A stretch of DNA of 64,000 bases from Nitrosopumilaceae archaeon (GTDB lineage: Archaea > Thermoproteota > Nitrososphaeria > Nitrososphaerales > Nitrosopumilaceae): assembly GCA_965208905.1 (NCBI GenBank), contig OZ242365.1:2150776-2214775 (forward strand). The letters run 5' to 3'. Positions within the stretch are counted from its first letter, which is position 1. Every line of letters begins with the position of its first letter. The translations under genes and the position numbers were made by a program. Below, piece by piece: positions 11,470 to 21,288 of this stretch. The notes below the pieces were generated by a model. The model had not been told where the DNA came from. It searched no databases and worked only from the letters and a program-made list of their open reading frames with translations.

Positions 11470-11726
11470 AGTAGATTGACCTCTACGGCCCATGGTTGTA
11501 GATGACCGGTATTTTTGTACTTGGCCCAGAGACGTCTTACGTGGCGTGTGCTGATATTCATGCTCTCTGCTATAGTGGAATTTGGAGTACCTTTCTTCTC
11601 ACGAATGATATATTTGATTTTATCATAATCCAGTTTGACCTGCATCATACTATTTAGGTTATACAGCTTAATGAAGTCGCATAATGTGCGTCTGATCCGG
11701 AGCGGACATAATTTTGTTACAATACA
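11470..11726 (-). mobile_element. IS481-family 5' remnant (left TIR plus HTH fragment)
   Basis: TIR TGTATTGTAACAAAATTATGTCCGC. The peptide VKLDYDKIKYIIRE...MNISTRHVRRLW matches the N-terminus of the transposase at 13034. Confidence 0.75.
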
Positions 11727-11924
11727 ACCTGCTGACCATATGCCCCTCGCCGATCTCCAGGAGAGACACGGCGCCCGCCTGAGTCCTGCCGCATCTCTCA
11801 TACATCCAACCAACCAGAACAGCGGTCGGGTCGTTGCCGCATGGCTTAGTCATGAGCAGATTTGACCTGAACTTGTAAGACACGATATCCCATCGCGAAA
11901 ACCACGGATTTACATGTGTAGATT

Positions 11925-12515
11925 CTAGTAATCATGCTCATCCCAGTCTGAACCTAACGGCACACTAACTGATATGATGTTCTCTTCTATTTCATATTTT
12001 ACATTTATACCTGGCTCGAATTTGGTAAACATGTTGTCCAGTAGCATCTTTATTAACATGGACCACTTGACTCCCATCTTGTGGTGGATGATCAAGTAAT
12101 GCATATCGCCATCTATTGTATGAGAAGAAGGGATACCCATAGACTGTATATAGTCCTCCAACGTTTCTATACCTGATTTGAGGCCATATTTGCCTTTTAT
12201 AAGCATGACCGCATCCTGAAAGATTGGGAGAATACAGTCCAAAAACCTAGCGATATCCTTTTCATCATTGTTCCGGATCATCATGGATAGCAGATCCTTT
12301 GATACTAGAATCATCCCGAGACTCTGCATATGTCTGTCCCATCTTGCCCATCTACTAAGTATACCGCTCGCTAAAGAATTCATCGAGATTCCAAGACGCG
12401 CCGAATCTGACTCCAGCGCAGTTACGGCATCGATTGGAACACGTAGTGATATATGTTTTGTCTTAACTGTTTTTTTCTGGTGGTATTTTTGTTCTATCAG
12501 TTTATCTTCGGGCAA
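11925..12515 (-). CDS. Thaumarchaeal protein with N-terminal ribbon-helix-helix-like region
   Basis: TKHISLRVP...LESDSARLGISMNSLA fits an RHH pattern. Confidence 0.65.
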   Translation of the reverse strand: MPEDKLIEQKYHQKKTVKTKHISLRVPIDAVTALESDSARLGISMNSLASGILSRWARWDRHMQSLGMILVSKDLLSMMIRNNDEKDIARFLDCILPIFQDAVMLIKGKYGLKSGIETLEDYIQSMGIPSSHTIDGDMHYLIIHHKMGVKWSMLIKMLLDNMFTKFEPGINVKYEIEENIISVSVPLGSDWDEHDY

Positions 12516-12561
12516 AATTGATGTCCAGTGCTATTAATAGCTTTCTATGGTGGACAACTAA

Positions 12562-12950
12562 TGTATTGTACGAAAATCATGTCGCGCTTCGGCCTGATCG
12601 TCAGCAATTGATATCGGCCTCCATCCACTTGGGATTCTGCCTTCTTGTATAATCTGTGGCGGTCTTGTTTCGGAATGCCATTAATGGTGTCTCATAGTTA
12701 TCTATGTCCAAAGCCCAGTGTAGTCTGTCTGTATTGTAGTACTCGATATAGGCATCTAAGCATGTGTAGCGCCACGCCTCATCCTCAACACTCTTGTGGA
12801 ACCGCTCTAGTTTGCCGTTGGTTTGTGGGTGGTATGGTCGCGTGTTGATTAGTCCTATGTCAAGGTTAAGTCATTCTTTCTCGAATAGGAGTGGGTCCAA
12901 GGACCGGTATGCTTCTTTCGGCCACCTCTACCAACAGAAGCGAATCCTGT
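12562..12950 (-). pseudogene. IS481-family transposase 3' remnant with right TIR
   Basis: The minus strand translates LINTRPYHPQTNGKLERFHKSVEDE...YYNTDRLHWALD and is frameshifted upstream. TIR TGTATTGTACGAAAATCATGTCGC starts at 12562. Confidence 0.85.
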
Positions 12951-12952
12951 AC

Positions 12953-13996
12953 TCTATTGTGCGGAAATTAGTTCGCCCTAACTTTAGACTGCCAACCAAA
13001 GAATATTTTAGTCTATATAGATCACGCAAACCCATGAGAGTCAATCTGACACAGAAGCAGATAGATTATATCATTCGACAATGCAGGAAAGGTAGTAGTA
13101 CATCACACATTGCTACAGAGATGAAGATTAGCCAGAGACGCGTACAACAACTCTGGGCAATGTATCGTGCAACGGGCAAGATTCCCACACTACAAATGCC
13201 AGGCAGACCCAAGATTCCTCCCACCGAGGAGCAAACCAACGTCGTACTAGCAGCACATCGTATAATGCCAGCAGGCGTCACAAGGATCACCAAGTACTTA
13301 AATCACAAGGGCATACAAATAAGTGAAAAAACGGTATACACAATCATGAAAGAAAACAATATGGTCACTCCATCTGCAGCAAAATCGCGCAGGCGTAAAT
13401 GGATACGCTATGAGCGCAGATACTCCAATGCGATGTGGCATACGGACTGGCATGCGATGAAAGATCCACGTTTTCAAGGCTACCAATTAATCACATATCT
13501 TGATGATGCGTCAAGATGTGTGGTTGGAGCCATGATATTCAAGGGGGCCACATCCGAGAACGCGGTAACAGTCCTGCAAAATAGCATTGTTGAGTTTGGA
13601 ACCCCGGCCACCATACTCTCCGACAACGGATCGTGCTTTGTGGGTGTGAGAAGAAAGATTCCTGCAAAATCATGGACCCCCACTATATTTGAGGCAGAGC
13701 TGCTTGACCGGGGTATTGAGTTGATCAACATCCGCCCCTACCACCCACAAACAAACGGCAAGCTTGAACGGTTCCACCGCACCTTGGAAGAAGAACTATG
13801 TCATTTTGGCAGCCTAGCGGAGTTTGTCGCGTACTACAACGAGGTGCGACTGCACTGGTCTTTAGACATAAACAATGGCGAGACCCCGCTACAGGCATTT
13901 CACAACAAAAAAGTACCAGATGATGTCAGGAAGAGTGACTTAGAATGGATGGAGAGGGACACCGATGACTAGGCGAAATAATTTCGACATAATACA
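12953..13996 (+). mobile_element. IS481-family insertion sequence
   Basis: Imperfect TIRs TCTATTGTGCGGAAATTAGTTCGCC and TGTATTATGTCGAAATTATTTCGCC. Confidence 0.85.
13034..13972 (+). CDS. IS481-family transposase (rve integrase core)
   Basis: Motifs WHTD, LDDASR, ILSDNG and PQTNGKLERFHRT. Confidence 0.92.
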   Translation: MRVNLTQKQIDYIIRQCRKGSSTSHIATEMKISQRRVQQLWAMYRATGKIPTLQMPGRPKIPPTEEQTNVVLAAHRIMPAGVTRITKYLNHKGIQISEKTVYTIMKENNMVTPSAAKSRRRKWIRYERRYSNAMWHTDWHAMKDPRFQGYQLITYLDDASRCVVGAMIFKGATSENAVTVLQNSIVEFGTPATILSDNGSCFVGVRRKIPAKSWTPTIFEAELLDRGIELINIRPYHPQTNGKLERFHRTLEEELCHFGSLAEFVAYYNEVRLHWSLDINNGETPLQAFHNKKVPDDVRKSDLEWMERDTDD

Positions 13997-14527
13997 TTAT
14001 TGTAGATTTCTGTATAATGATAAGAGATCATCATGATACAAGAGTAGTTGCCTCAGTGTTGCATCATTTATTGATACTAGGTTCTGCCTGCCGACTTTGT
14101 GTATCATACCCTTTGAGAGTAGTTTACCATATATCAGCCGGGGGCTCTTTACCTTATACGGGCGGAATATTGCATAATCTTTGATGGCAAACTTGTTGGT
14201 TGCATAGTAACGGAGAGCAGAGTTGTCCCACGGGTCCAGCTGCGTATAAATCGGCGATACTGCTATCAGCTCCAACATCGATATGTTCAGCGTATTGGCC
14301 ATATGGTACAAGCGTCCTTGTGGCGTCAGTGATAGTGGGGGGTGTACTATAAGGTTGTACTGTATGGCCCTATTCATGGATACTAGAAGGGTGTTGTGTT
14401 TTACTTGTATCACATACTCTAGTTGGTCCTGTGTTACTGTTCTATGAAATAAAATATCGACAATCTTTGATATGATACTGCCGGAGCGTATCATGTTATA
14501 TCTCTTCATTGTACGATTGCCATGCAC
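13997..14527 (-). CDS. Hypothetical protein, possibly winged-helix
   Basis: It overlaps the TFB stop, suggesting translational coupling. LSLTPQG resembles a wing motif. Confidence 0.55.
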   Translation of the reverse strand: MHGNRTMKRYNMIRSGSIISKIVDILFHRTVTQDQLEYVIQVKHNTLLVSMNRAIQYNLIVHPPLSLTPQGRLYHMANTLNISMLELIAVSPIYTQLDPWDNSALRYYATNKFAIKDYAIFRPYKVKSPRLIYGKLLSKGMIHKVGRQNLVSINDATLRQLLLYHDDLLSLYRNLQ

Positions 14528-15263
14528 GTAGGAGGTTCTTTAGGCCTGGTTCGGATATCTGCGCAGCAACCACTGCTTTACTTTTGGATATGCGTGTGCC
14601 GGCCAACACTATAGCTGCTGCCGCCACGCATTGAGGTTTCTTGCCATGCGTAAAGTTACACTTTTCCATTGCATTGAGTATCGACAGAACCCTTTGGGCA
14701 TCATATATGGACAGGTCCATATCAGTGCATAGCCGGGATATTATGGAGTGTGTATATCTGTCTGGTGTAATACCAGATACATACTGTATCTCTCTGTACA
14801 TCCTCAAGATGCGACGCATCTTTGTTGATATGCCGGGTATCTCTTTCCACCCCAGCACACGGCCATGTAGACGACAGGCCAACATCGTGGCTGCGGCCGC
14901 AATTACAGTCTTATCTTTACCGGTAGCAAAGTCACCATACACCAATCTGCGGCACAGTGAGTATGCCTCACGCCGTATAGTCGTGCCCACACCTATACAT
15001 TCTAGCATCTGCCGAAGCTTTACAAATATTCTTGACAGTGTTATTGCTTGTGAGTTTCGACGTGCAGCTATGCCATTGGCACCGTACTTTGTCCGGGGCA
15101 GCATAGTCCCGACACCATAATCGTCCCGGCCTTCACTCAAGACTGATGTGGCAGGCGTCTGCTCTGATACATTGCACTCTAGTACTATCCCGCATGAGCT
15201 ACATATTATTTCGCCGCGTATGCTGTCTATTATACTAGTTGTTTGTTTGCAGAGGCAGTTCAT
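14496..15263 (-). CDS. tfb: Divergent transcription initiation factor IIB (TFB) paralog
   Basis: N-terminal Zn ribbon (CLC...RGEIICSSCGIVL) and two cyclin repeats (GKD...IAAA...LACR; GKKPQCVAAAAI). Confidence 0.85.
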   Translation of the reverse strand: MNCLCKQTTSIIDSIRGEIICSSCGIVLECNVSEQTPATSVLSEGRDDYGVGTMLPRTKYGANGIAARRNSQAITLSRIFVKLRQMLECIGVGTTIRREAYSLCRRLVYGDFATGKDKTVIAAAATMLACRLHGRVLGWKEIPGISTKMRRILRMYREIQYVSGITPDRYTHSIISRLCTDMDLSIYDAQRVLSILNAMEKCNFTHGKKPQCVAAAAIVLAGTRISKSKAVVAAQISEPGLKNLLRAWQSYNEEI

Positions 15264-15469
15264 TGTGTATGCTCCGGGTTATACTTTACCAGTCTGCAGG
15301 GCTGTCGGTTTGTGGCCGCCCACTTATTCTGTAATTTTTTATCCATGCTACAATATAGTAGCATTAGTATTTAAGGTTGTAACACTATTGTAACATATAC
15401 ACCAGATGACTCTACATATATGGTGCAACCATGTTATATAAAATTAAAAAAGAAAAATTCAGAATGATA

Positions 15470-17188
15470 TCAGTTCTGCATACATCCGTCAGTTACGGCG
15501 GAGTCATAGTTAATTTGAACCAGTATTGAGGAGTTATCAACCAGATCTCCAGTTATCGTCAAGTCACTACCACTGAATTCAAATGGTAGACTAGATTCAT
15601 CCGCTATTATGGACGTATTGTTCACAAAGGTGAACTCTGCCTTTGTATCATAGCCAACCTTCAACTCCATGGTAACGAAGTTGTTAAGGCCATCAGCGCC
15701 ACTAAGATACCCTACTACACCTGTAATTCTTGCTGGATTGAGATCACAACCGAACGTTTTAGTATAACCTTGTACAAGACTAGTACTGCCATCAATATCA
15801 TTGATAGACACAAATGCTACCTGATCGGTCGCACTTATAGCCGTAGTTTTGCTCGGGGTTATCATACATTTGGCATCCTCAGCTGCTGAGAAGTACGATA
15901 CCTCTACCTGATATGCTTCGGCTCCTGCTAGTGCGGCCTTTGTAACATTACTGTTGGCATTTATATCCCCATCATTCTCAGTACCTGTGCTACGCTCTAG
16001 GTTAAAGGTAGTAGCACCACCAGCAGCCGTAAAGTTTGCAGCTATTGCGGTATTCTTTGTTGTGTTCACAATGAACTCTAAGGGTCCCGGACTGCTACCA
16101 GTATTAACACCAGTATTTCGATCATATACACTAGACTTGAATTCGATAGTCTTGCCTGCCTTTAGCTCCATAACATTGGGGTACTCTATGGCACGGTTGT
16201 ATAGTTGGGGATTATCAGCTCCAATATTAAAGTAGGTATCAAATAGCGTCTGGCTGTTGACAGTTAGTGAGACATCATTAAGACGTGCCGTGGGAAGATC
16301 GGTATCTGCCCGGTCAGATTCGCCACTATCATATATGGGGTTTTGTATAGTTCTATCCATCTTAGCACCATCTTTGACCGTAATTGTCGTGCGGTCATTC
16401 AAGTTAGTAGTGATCTTTTGTACAAAGACATCGGACTCACAGACGAATCTAAAGTCTGTAGTGTAGTATCCTGAGGCGTCATCAGCAACACCATCACCAC
16501 CAGTAGGTATCTTGGTTAAACCCTGTGTATACCAGGATAATAGAACCTTGCCGGTTGTACTAGCCGAATGTAAGTCGGTGGGTGCTGGGCCGATTCTGTT
16601 ACTTACAGACTCTTGTACAAGCCCTAACTCACTTTGAATTTCACTAACATCCTCCTGAAGTGTAGTTATACTAGATGTGAACGTACCAATCTGTGCCTGT
16701 AGGGCATCAAGTTTGTCAGATATGGTATCAAAGGATGTGTCAGCATCATCAACAATTGTATCTACAGTACTTTGAATGTCAGGCAACATATCTGCAAGGT
16801 TATCATAATTTGTCTGAGCCTCTCTGGTGTTCTCTGCATCAGTTGCTACAAATTGATCGAATTTGGATTCAAGATTATTAATCTTGGAGTCCACCGCCAT
16901 CACATCACTAGACACCTCAGATACTTTGTCAGACACCGTAGACAACTCATCAGATAGATCATTTATAACACTCAAGATTGGTGTAAAGTTGCTATCAAAG
17001 TTTGACCATAAATTAACTAGGTTTGACACCATTGTGTTGGTGTCAGCCGTAGTATCAACAACCGTAATAAGTCTCTCAGTATTAGTTTGCGCAAAAGCAT
17101 CATTAATCGTCATTGCTCCTGTCACCATTACTATAGATAACAGGAGTGCATGGAATGTTTTATCTTTCATTTTAAACACATATTCCAT
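15470..17188 (-). CDS. Secreted coiled-coil surface/fibre-like protein, paralog of 26749..28527
   Basis: Signal peptide ending AFA|QTNTE, a long heptad region and a beta-rich C-terminus with four Cys shared with the paralog. Confidence 0.8.
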   Translation of the reverse strand: MEYVFKMKDKTFHALLLSIVMVTGAMTINDAFAQTNTERLITVVDTTADTNTMVSNLVNLWSNFDSNFTPILSVINDLSDELSTVSDKVSEVSSDVMAVDSKINNLESKFDQFVATDAENTREAQTNYDNLADMLPDIQSTVDTIVDDADTSFDTISDKLDALQAQIGTFTSSITTLQEDVSEIQSELGLVQESVSNRIGPAPTDLHSASTTGKVLLSWYTQGLTKIPTGGDGVADDASGYYTTDFRFVCESDVFVQKITTNLNDRTTITVKDGAKMDRTIQNPIYDSGESDRADTDLPTARLNDVSLTVNSQTLFDTYFNIGADNPQLYNRAIEYPNVMELKAGKTIEFKSSVYDRNTGVNTGSSPGPLEFIVNTTKNTAIAANFTAAGGATTFNLERSTGTENDGDINANSNVTKAALAGAEAYQVEVSYFSAAEDAKCMITPSKTTAISATDQVAFVSINDIDGSTSLVQGYTKTFGCDLNPARITGVVGYLSGADGLNNFVTMELKVGYDTKAEFTFVNNTSIIADESSLPFEFSGSDLTITGDLVDNSSILVQINYDSAVTDGCMQN

Positions 17189-17521
17189 GTAATTTATATA
17201 AACATAATGGATCTAAGTTGGGGAATTATATCTGGATAGGCAAGGCAAATCCTGTAGGGTACATGTTTATAAAGTATTATGATATATCAGCTAACCCATA
17301 AGTGATCTGCAAATCAAAGGTAGATTCGTTAAATTGGTCTACGCCAGTACGCCAGTTTATTGTATATGCTTACACATCTGACGTTTTAGTATACGCTTGA
17401 TGCTCCAACCCATGCGCAGACTTCTGGACGTGCATCCTAAACTGCATATGCTGGGAAGGAGTTCTTGGGCCCGCCCTATCCATTATACGCGACCGCGGGT
17501 ATCACATACATGGTTGTAGTA

Positions 17522-18622
17522 TCAGTTGGGAGGTCCTAGACCTGTTCTGTCTATTGTATACCTGAGCACCTCCTTGAATGCCAGTTGTGTAATTGTTCTC
17601 TTGCGGCGTGACATGGATGCTACCGAGGCTGCCAGTACCACCTTTACCATCACCCAGACGTTGAACATCATTAGCGTGTATAGGAAACAAAACAGGCGTG
17701 CCCCAGGCTCACGACTCCGCGTCTTTGCCCTCATAGACTCTATCATTGCGTATCCGGACTCGATTCCCCACCGAACAGCATATGCAATAACGTCAATCCA
17801 AGGCAGGTTAGTAGCAAACCCGATGTACTGTACCTCAGGTAATTTTTCATCCTTTTTAGAGTCGTATCTTTTCCGTTTGGCTATCACCATGTTATATGAG
17901 GCAGTTGCATTGTATCCTGTCAGGGTGTTGCACAATACATTCTCAGTGGGATTGGTTGCAAAATAACGCAGTTTCTCTACTACACCATGAGTGTTACGGC
18001 AGGGCATTAGATAGGGTATGTTCAATTTATTCAGGTTTGATATATTCTCAGCCGAAAAGAACTCACGATCAAACAGACATAGTTTGATCATTATGCCATA
18101 ATTTAGACACTCTTGTATGATGACACGCACCATGTCTGGAACCGATGCTAGAGCCGGTACCGGCAGGCATCCTAGATTGAGACGAATGTTATTGTTGACG
18201 CATTGTATTGTTACATATCGCTCAAAATATTTGGTCCCGTTCTTGTATCTGTATATTGCCAACTCCCCTCCCCGTGTACGATCATATCTGGGTATGAGAT
18301 GCATATCTATTGCAACGACCATACCATCTTTGGGAAGCAGATTCAGCTGCTTTAGTTTGAGAAGCTGTTTTGCTACTGATTCTTTAAACATCTTTTGAAC
18401 ATTATCTGTATCCATCGTAGCCAACCGTCTCCGAAACCATTCATCGCTGGGGGAAACTCTTGCATAATTGCCTGCCGACACGCCAGATGCGCATCCTCCT
18501 ACAGAAGAGTTAGCACAAACTGCCCGTATAATTCCACCATTGAAATCCTGCACATCGTATAATGCGTTGTGTTTGGTAGAGATGTCAACCAATGGAGAGA
18601 TTGCGCCCTCCAAATGTTTCAT
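17522..18622 (-). CDS. ISH3/IS4-like DDE transposase (5' end possibly degenerate)
   Basis: Motifs VAIDMH, LFDREF and Y..RWGIESGY. Confidence 0.85.
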   Translation of the reverse strand: MKHLEGAISPLVDISTKHNALYDVQDFNGGIIRAVCANSSVGGCASGVSAGNYARVSPSDEWFRRRLATMDTDNVQKMFKESVAKQLLKLKQLNLLPKDGMVVAIDMHLIPRYDRTRGGELAIYRYKNGTKYFERYVTIQCVNNNIRLNLGCLPVPALASVPDMVRVIIQECLNYGIMIKLCLFDREFFSAENISNLNKLNIPYLMPCRNTHGVVEKLRYFATNPTENVLCNTLTGYNATASYNMVIAKRKRYDSKKDEKLPEVQYIGFATNLPWIDVIAYAVRWGIESGYAMIESMRAKTRSREPGARLFCFLYTLMMFNVWVMVKVVLAASVASMSRRKRTITQLAFKEVLRYTIDRTGLGPPN

Positions 18623-18911
18623 GATATTGGCTCGTACGGTCAGGTTGTTCTGGAACTCACGTACGGCCGGCCTCCTCTCAATGCTGGTCGTGCCGCGGTA
18701 CCGCCATCCGCATCAAGCAGACACAAATGCACCGTAAGCCAGTTTGGAACGATGATAAAGTCAGACAGTGTGTAGATAGATATTATACTGAACAGCAAGA
18801 AGGTATGCGTGCACGAGCCGACGCTGCCCAGATCCGCACAAACAGACACAAAGTCGGCATATAGTTCTAAAAATAATATTAAAAGAGGGGTACCTGACTA
18901 CATACTTTAGA

Positions 18912-19766
18912 TTGGGTATTGTGCGTGGTGTGTGTAGTCTAGGTTCTTTGGAGCTGCGTAGCCCCGTCATACTAGCGTCGGGGTTACAAGGAGATACTCC
19001 TCAAAGATTAAAAGAGGCCTATGATACTGGAGTAGGAGCCGTTGTAACAAAGTCTGTTACAATGGAGCCTCGCTCAGGACACCCGGAACCAAATATAATT
19101 AAAAGAGAGAATGGTGGCTGGATTAATGCAATAGGACTAAAAAATGTTGGAGCAAGACGATTTGCCGAAGAGTTGGGGCAGCCCACTTATCCGGTTATAG
19201 TGAGTTTAGCTGGCAATGATCCGTCTGATTTTGTACGAATGATCGAGATGTTTGATGGTGCTGCCGCCTTTGAGATTAATCTATCTTGCCCATCTGTTGT
19301 TACCTTTGGGTATAATGTTGGCGACGACACATCACTAACTACTGAAATAATACGCGCAGCAAAGTCTGCAACCGATGTGCCGATATTTGTAAAGATTGCA
19401 TATACAATGTTACAGTCCGTAGATGTATTTGTAAAAGCCGGAGTCGACGGCATAACTGCTATAAATACAGTACCTGCCATGGAGATAGACATTACCACCG
19501 GCAAACCAGAACTTGGCAATGGTATGGGTGGCTTATCTGGTCCTCCAATAAAGAGCACTGCCATATATACAGTACATAAGCTATCAAAGATACATGACAT
19601 ACCAATAATGGGATGTGGTGGGATATCGTCATGGCGTGATGCTGTAGAGTTTCTTTTGGCTGGAGCTGATGCCATACAGGTGGGTAGCGCTGCAATGGAG
19701 AACGTATCCGTATTACGTGACATAGCCAAAGGCGTTAAGGATTGGCAACTCAGTCATCACGCATGA
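18912..19766 (+). CDS. pyrD: Dihydroorotate dehydrogenase family 1 catalytic subunit
   Basis: Motifs PVILASG, VTKSVT, INAIGL.N.G, EINLSCP, GGLSG and GCGGI. Confidence 0.85.
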   Translation: MGIVRGVCSLGSLELRSPVILASGLQGDTPQRLKEAYDTGVGAVVTKSVTMEPRSGHPEPNIIKRENGGWINAIGLKNVGARRFAEELGQPTYPVIVSLAGNDPSDFVRMIEMFDGAAAFEINLSCPSVVTFGYNVGDDTSLTTEIIRAAKSATDVPIFVKIAYTMLQSVDVFVKAGVDGITAINTVPAMEIDITTGKPELGNGMGGLSGPPIKSTAIYTVHKLSKIHDIPIMGCGGISSWRDAVEFLLAGADAIQVGSAAMENVSVLRDIAKGVKDWQLSHHA

Positions 19767-19829
19767 TAGGCGGCGTTTGGACAGATATCGGATTTTGTAT
19801 GTGTTCACGCATGTTTCCCAGAGTACCTC

Positions 19830-20468
19830 CTATCTCACGGGATGCAGGAAGAGCAGCTGGCCTCCCTCGACTAGGTATCCATACCGTATGCGGGAGGTCG
19901 GGTTGAACTGTTGCTGGTCGTCGATGCCGTGTGCCTGCACGCCCAGAACGAAGAGGGTCTCGTATCCGAAGAGGCCGCCGATATCCAGTATGCCAGAGCT
20001 CTCCCACGAGCCGGTGTCGCCGGTGTACACATCCACGGCGGCGGAGGGGTTGGCTAGGGAAGCATCAAGTACGACGCTTCTGTCGATGTTGGCTATCCGG
20101 ATTACCACGCCGGTCCGGGGATCCAGAGTTACGATTCCAGCCTCGTTGGCGTTTGGAGCATCACCGCCGAACATTCCGCCTCCGGCCCTGTCCTCTTGAA
20201 TGTATATCCGCCCGTCCTCGGCCCAGGCCAGGTTGTCTGGGGATCTGAGTGCCTGGGACGGGCCCGCATCGCCGTCATAGATGATCTCCAGAACGGCCGT
20301 CATGGTGCTGAAATCTGTCCGGACTGTATAGGTGGTGCCGACTCTGTCCGACCCATCCAGCCAGGATGTGCCGGTGGACGCCAGCACGATCTCGTTGCAG
20401 CGCCCAAGACAATCTTGCCAGCGGTAGTCCAAGGATGGTGCGTCCCCCACTATATGTAGCGCATACAT
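19830..20468 (-). pseudogene. PhoX-like alkaline phosphatase, C-terminal fragment only
   Basis: Motifs SPDNL...GRIYIQED, WESSGILD and VQAH. The segment is much more GC-rich than its flanks and lacks the N-terminal part. Confidence 0.7.
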
Positions 20469-20574
20469 GGCGACATACCAGAACCATCTTGCCAGACCCT
20501 ACCTGAAAAAGGCGCTGGAGCTGGCGCCAGGGGATCCGGACGTGTTGGAGATGTTGGCACTTTTGGATGACTGA
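20467..20574 (+). pseudogene. TPR-repeat fragment
   Basis: Translates MATYQNHLARPYLKKALELAPGDPDVLEMLALLDD. Confidence 0.45.
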
Positions 20575-20796
20575 TGTGCCGTGCGTATCGGCGCAATCCC
20601 GCGGGATCATGGTGATATTCGACGGGTCCAGAGCGGGCATCATGGGTCGAGAGAACTTACGTACGCGTAGTACTCGGCAAAAATATCCAATGTTTGTGGA
20701 GTGATAATGGGTTTGGTTTGCACGAAAAAATATTGAATGTCATTACGGAATACTACCCATCAGAATATAGACGAAACGGAAATATTTTTCAGTCAA

Positions 20797-21288
20797 TTAT
20801 ATGCGTATGCCCAACTCGCGCAACATCTGAAACGTGTCTACATATCGTATGTTGAATTCTTCACAGACGTTGGGAATAAGAACTCTCCTCTTATTGTTAA
20901 GATTTAATCGTTCTTCAGTAACTACAGTAAGTTTTTTTGTTAGCGCATAAGAGATAACCCAAGCATCCGCATTATTGCTGTCTGCAAATTCAGCTACTGC
21001 TACTTCCTTAAAGTTTTGACCTTTGGCCCATTGTATAATACGGGCATATCCATCAACAACATCCCCTTGCTTCGTATTTTTCCACTCTTTAAAATTACTA
21101 GTAGCCCACTCTTTCAATTCTCGATTTTTAGTATCTATTTCATCATACACTTTATCTATACTCATTACCAATCCATCTTGAGCCACAAGAGCCAAGTTAT
21201 TCCAAAAAGCTGGAGCTATGTCAAAGGCATAATAGCGTTTGTGAGCCTCAATGAATACATTGGCATCTAGTAAATACTTGGATGTCAA
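20797..21288 (-). CDS. PIN-domain protein (DUF4411-like), putative toxin
   Basis: Motifs YLLDANVFI, ADAWVI, VVTEE and IPNVC. It overlaps the upstream gene by 4 bp. Confidence 0.88.
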   Translation of the reverse strand: MTSKYLLDANVFIEAHKRYYAFDIAPAFWNNLALVAQDGLVMSIDKVYDEIDTKNRELKEWATSNFKEWKNTKQGDVVDGYARIIQWAKGQNFKEVAVAEFADSNNADAWVISYALTKKLTVVTEERLNLNNKRRVLIPNVCEEFNIRYVDTFQMLRELGIRI

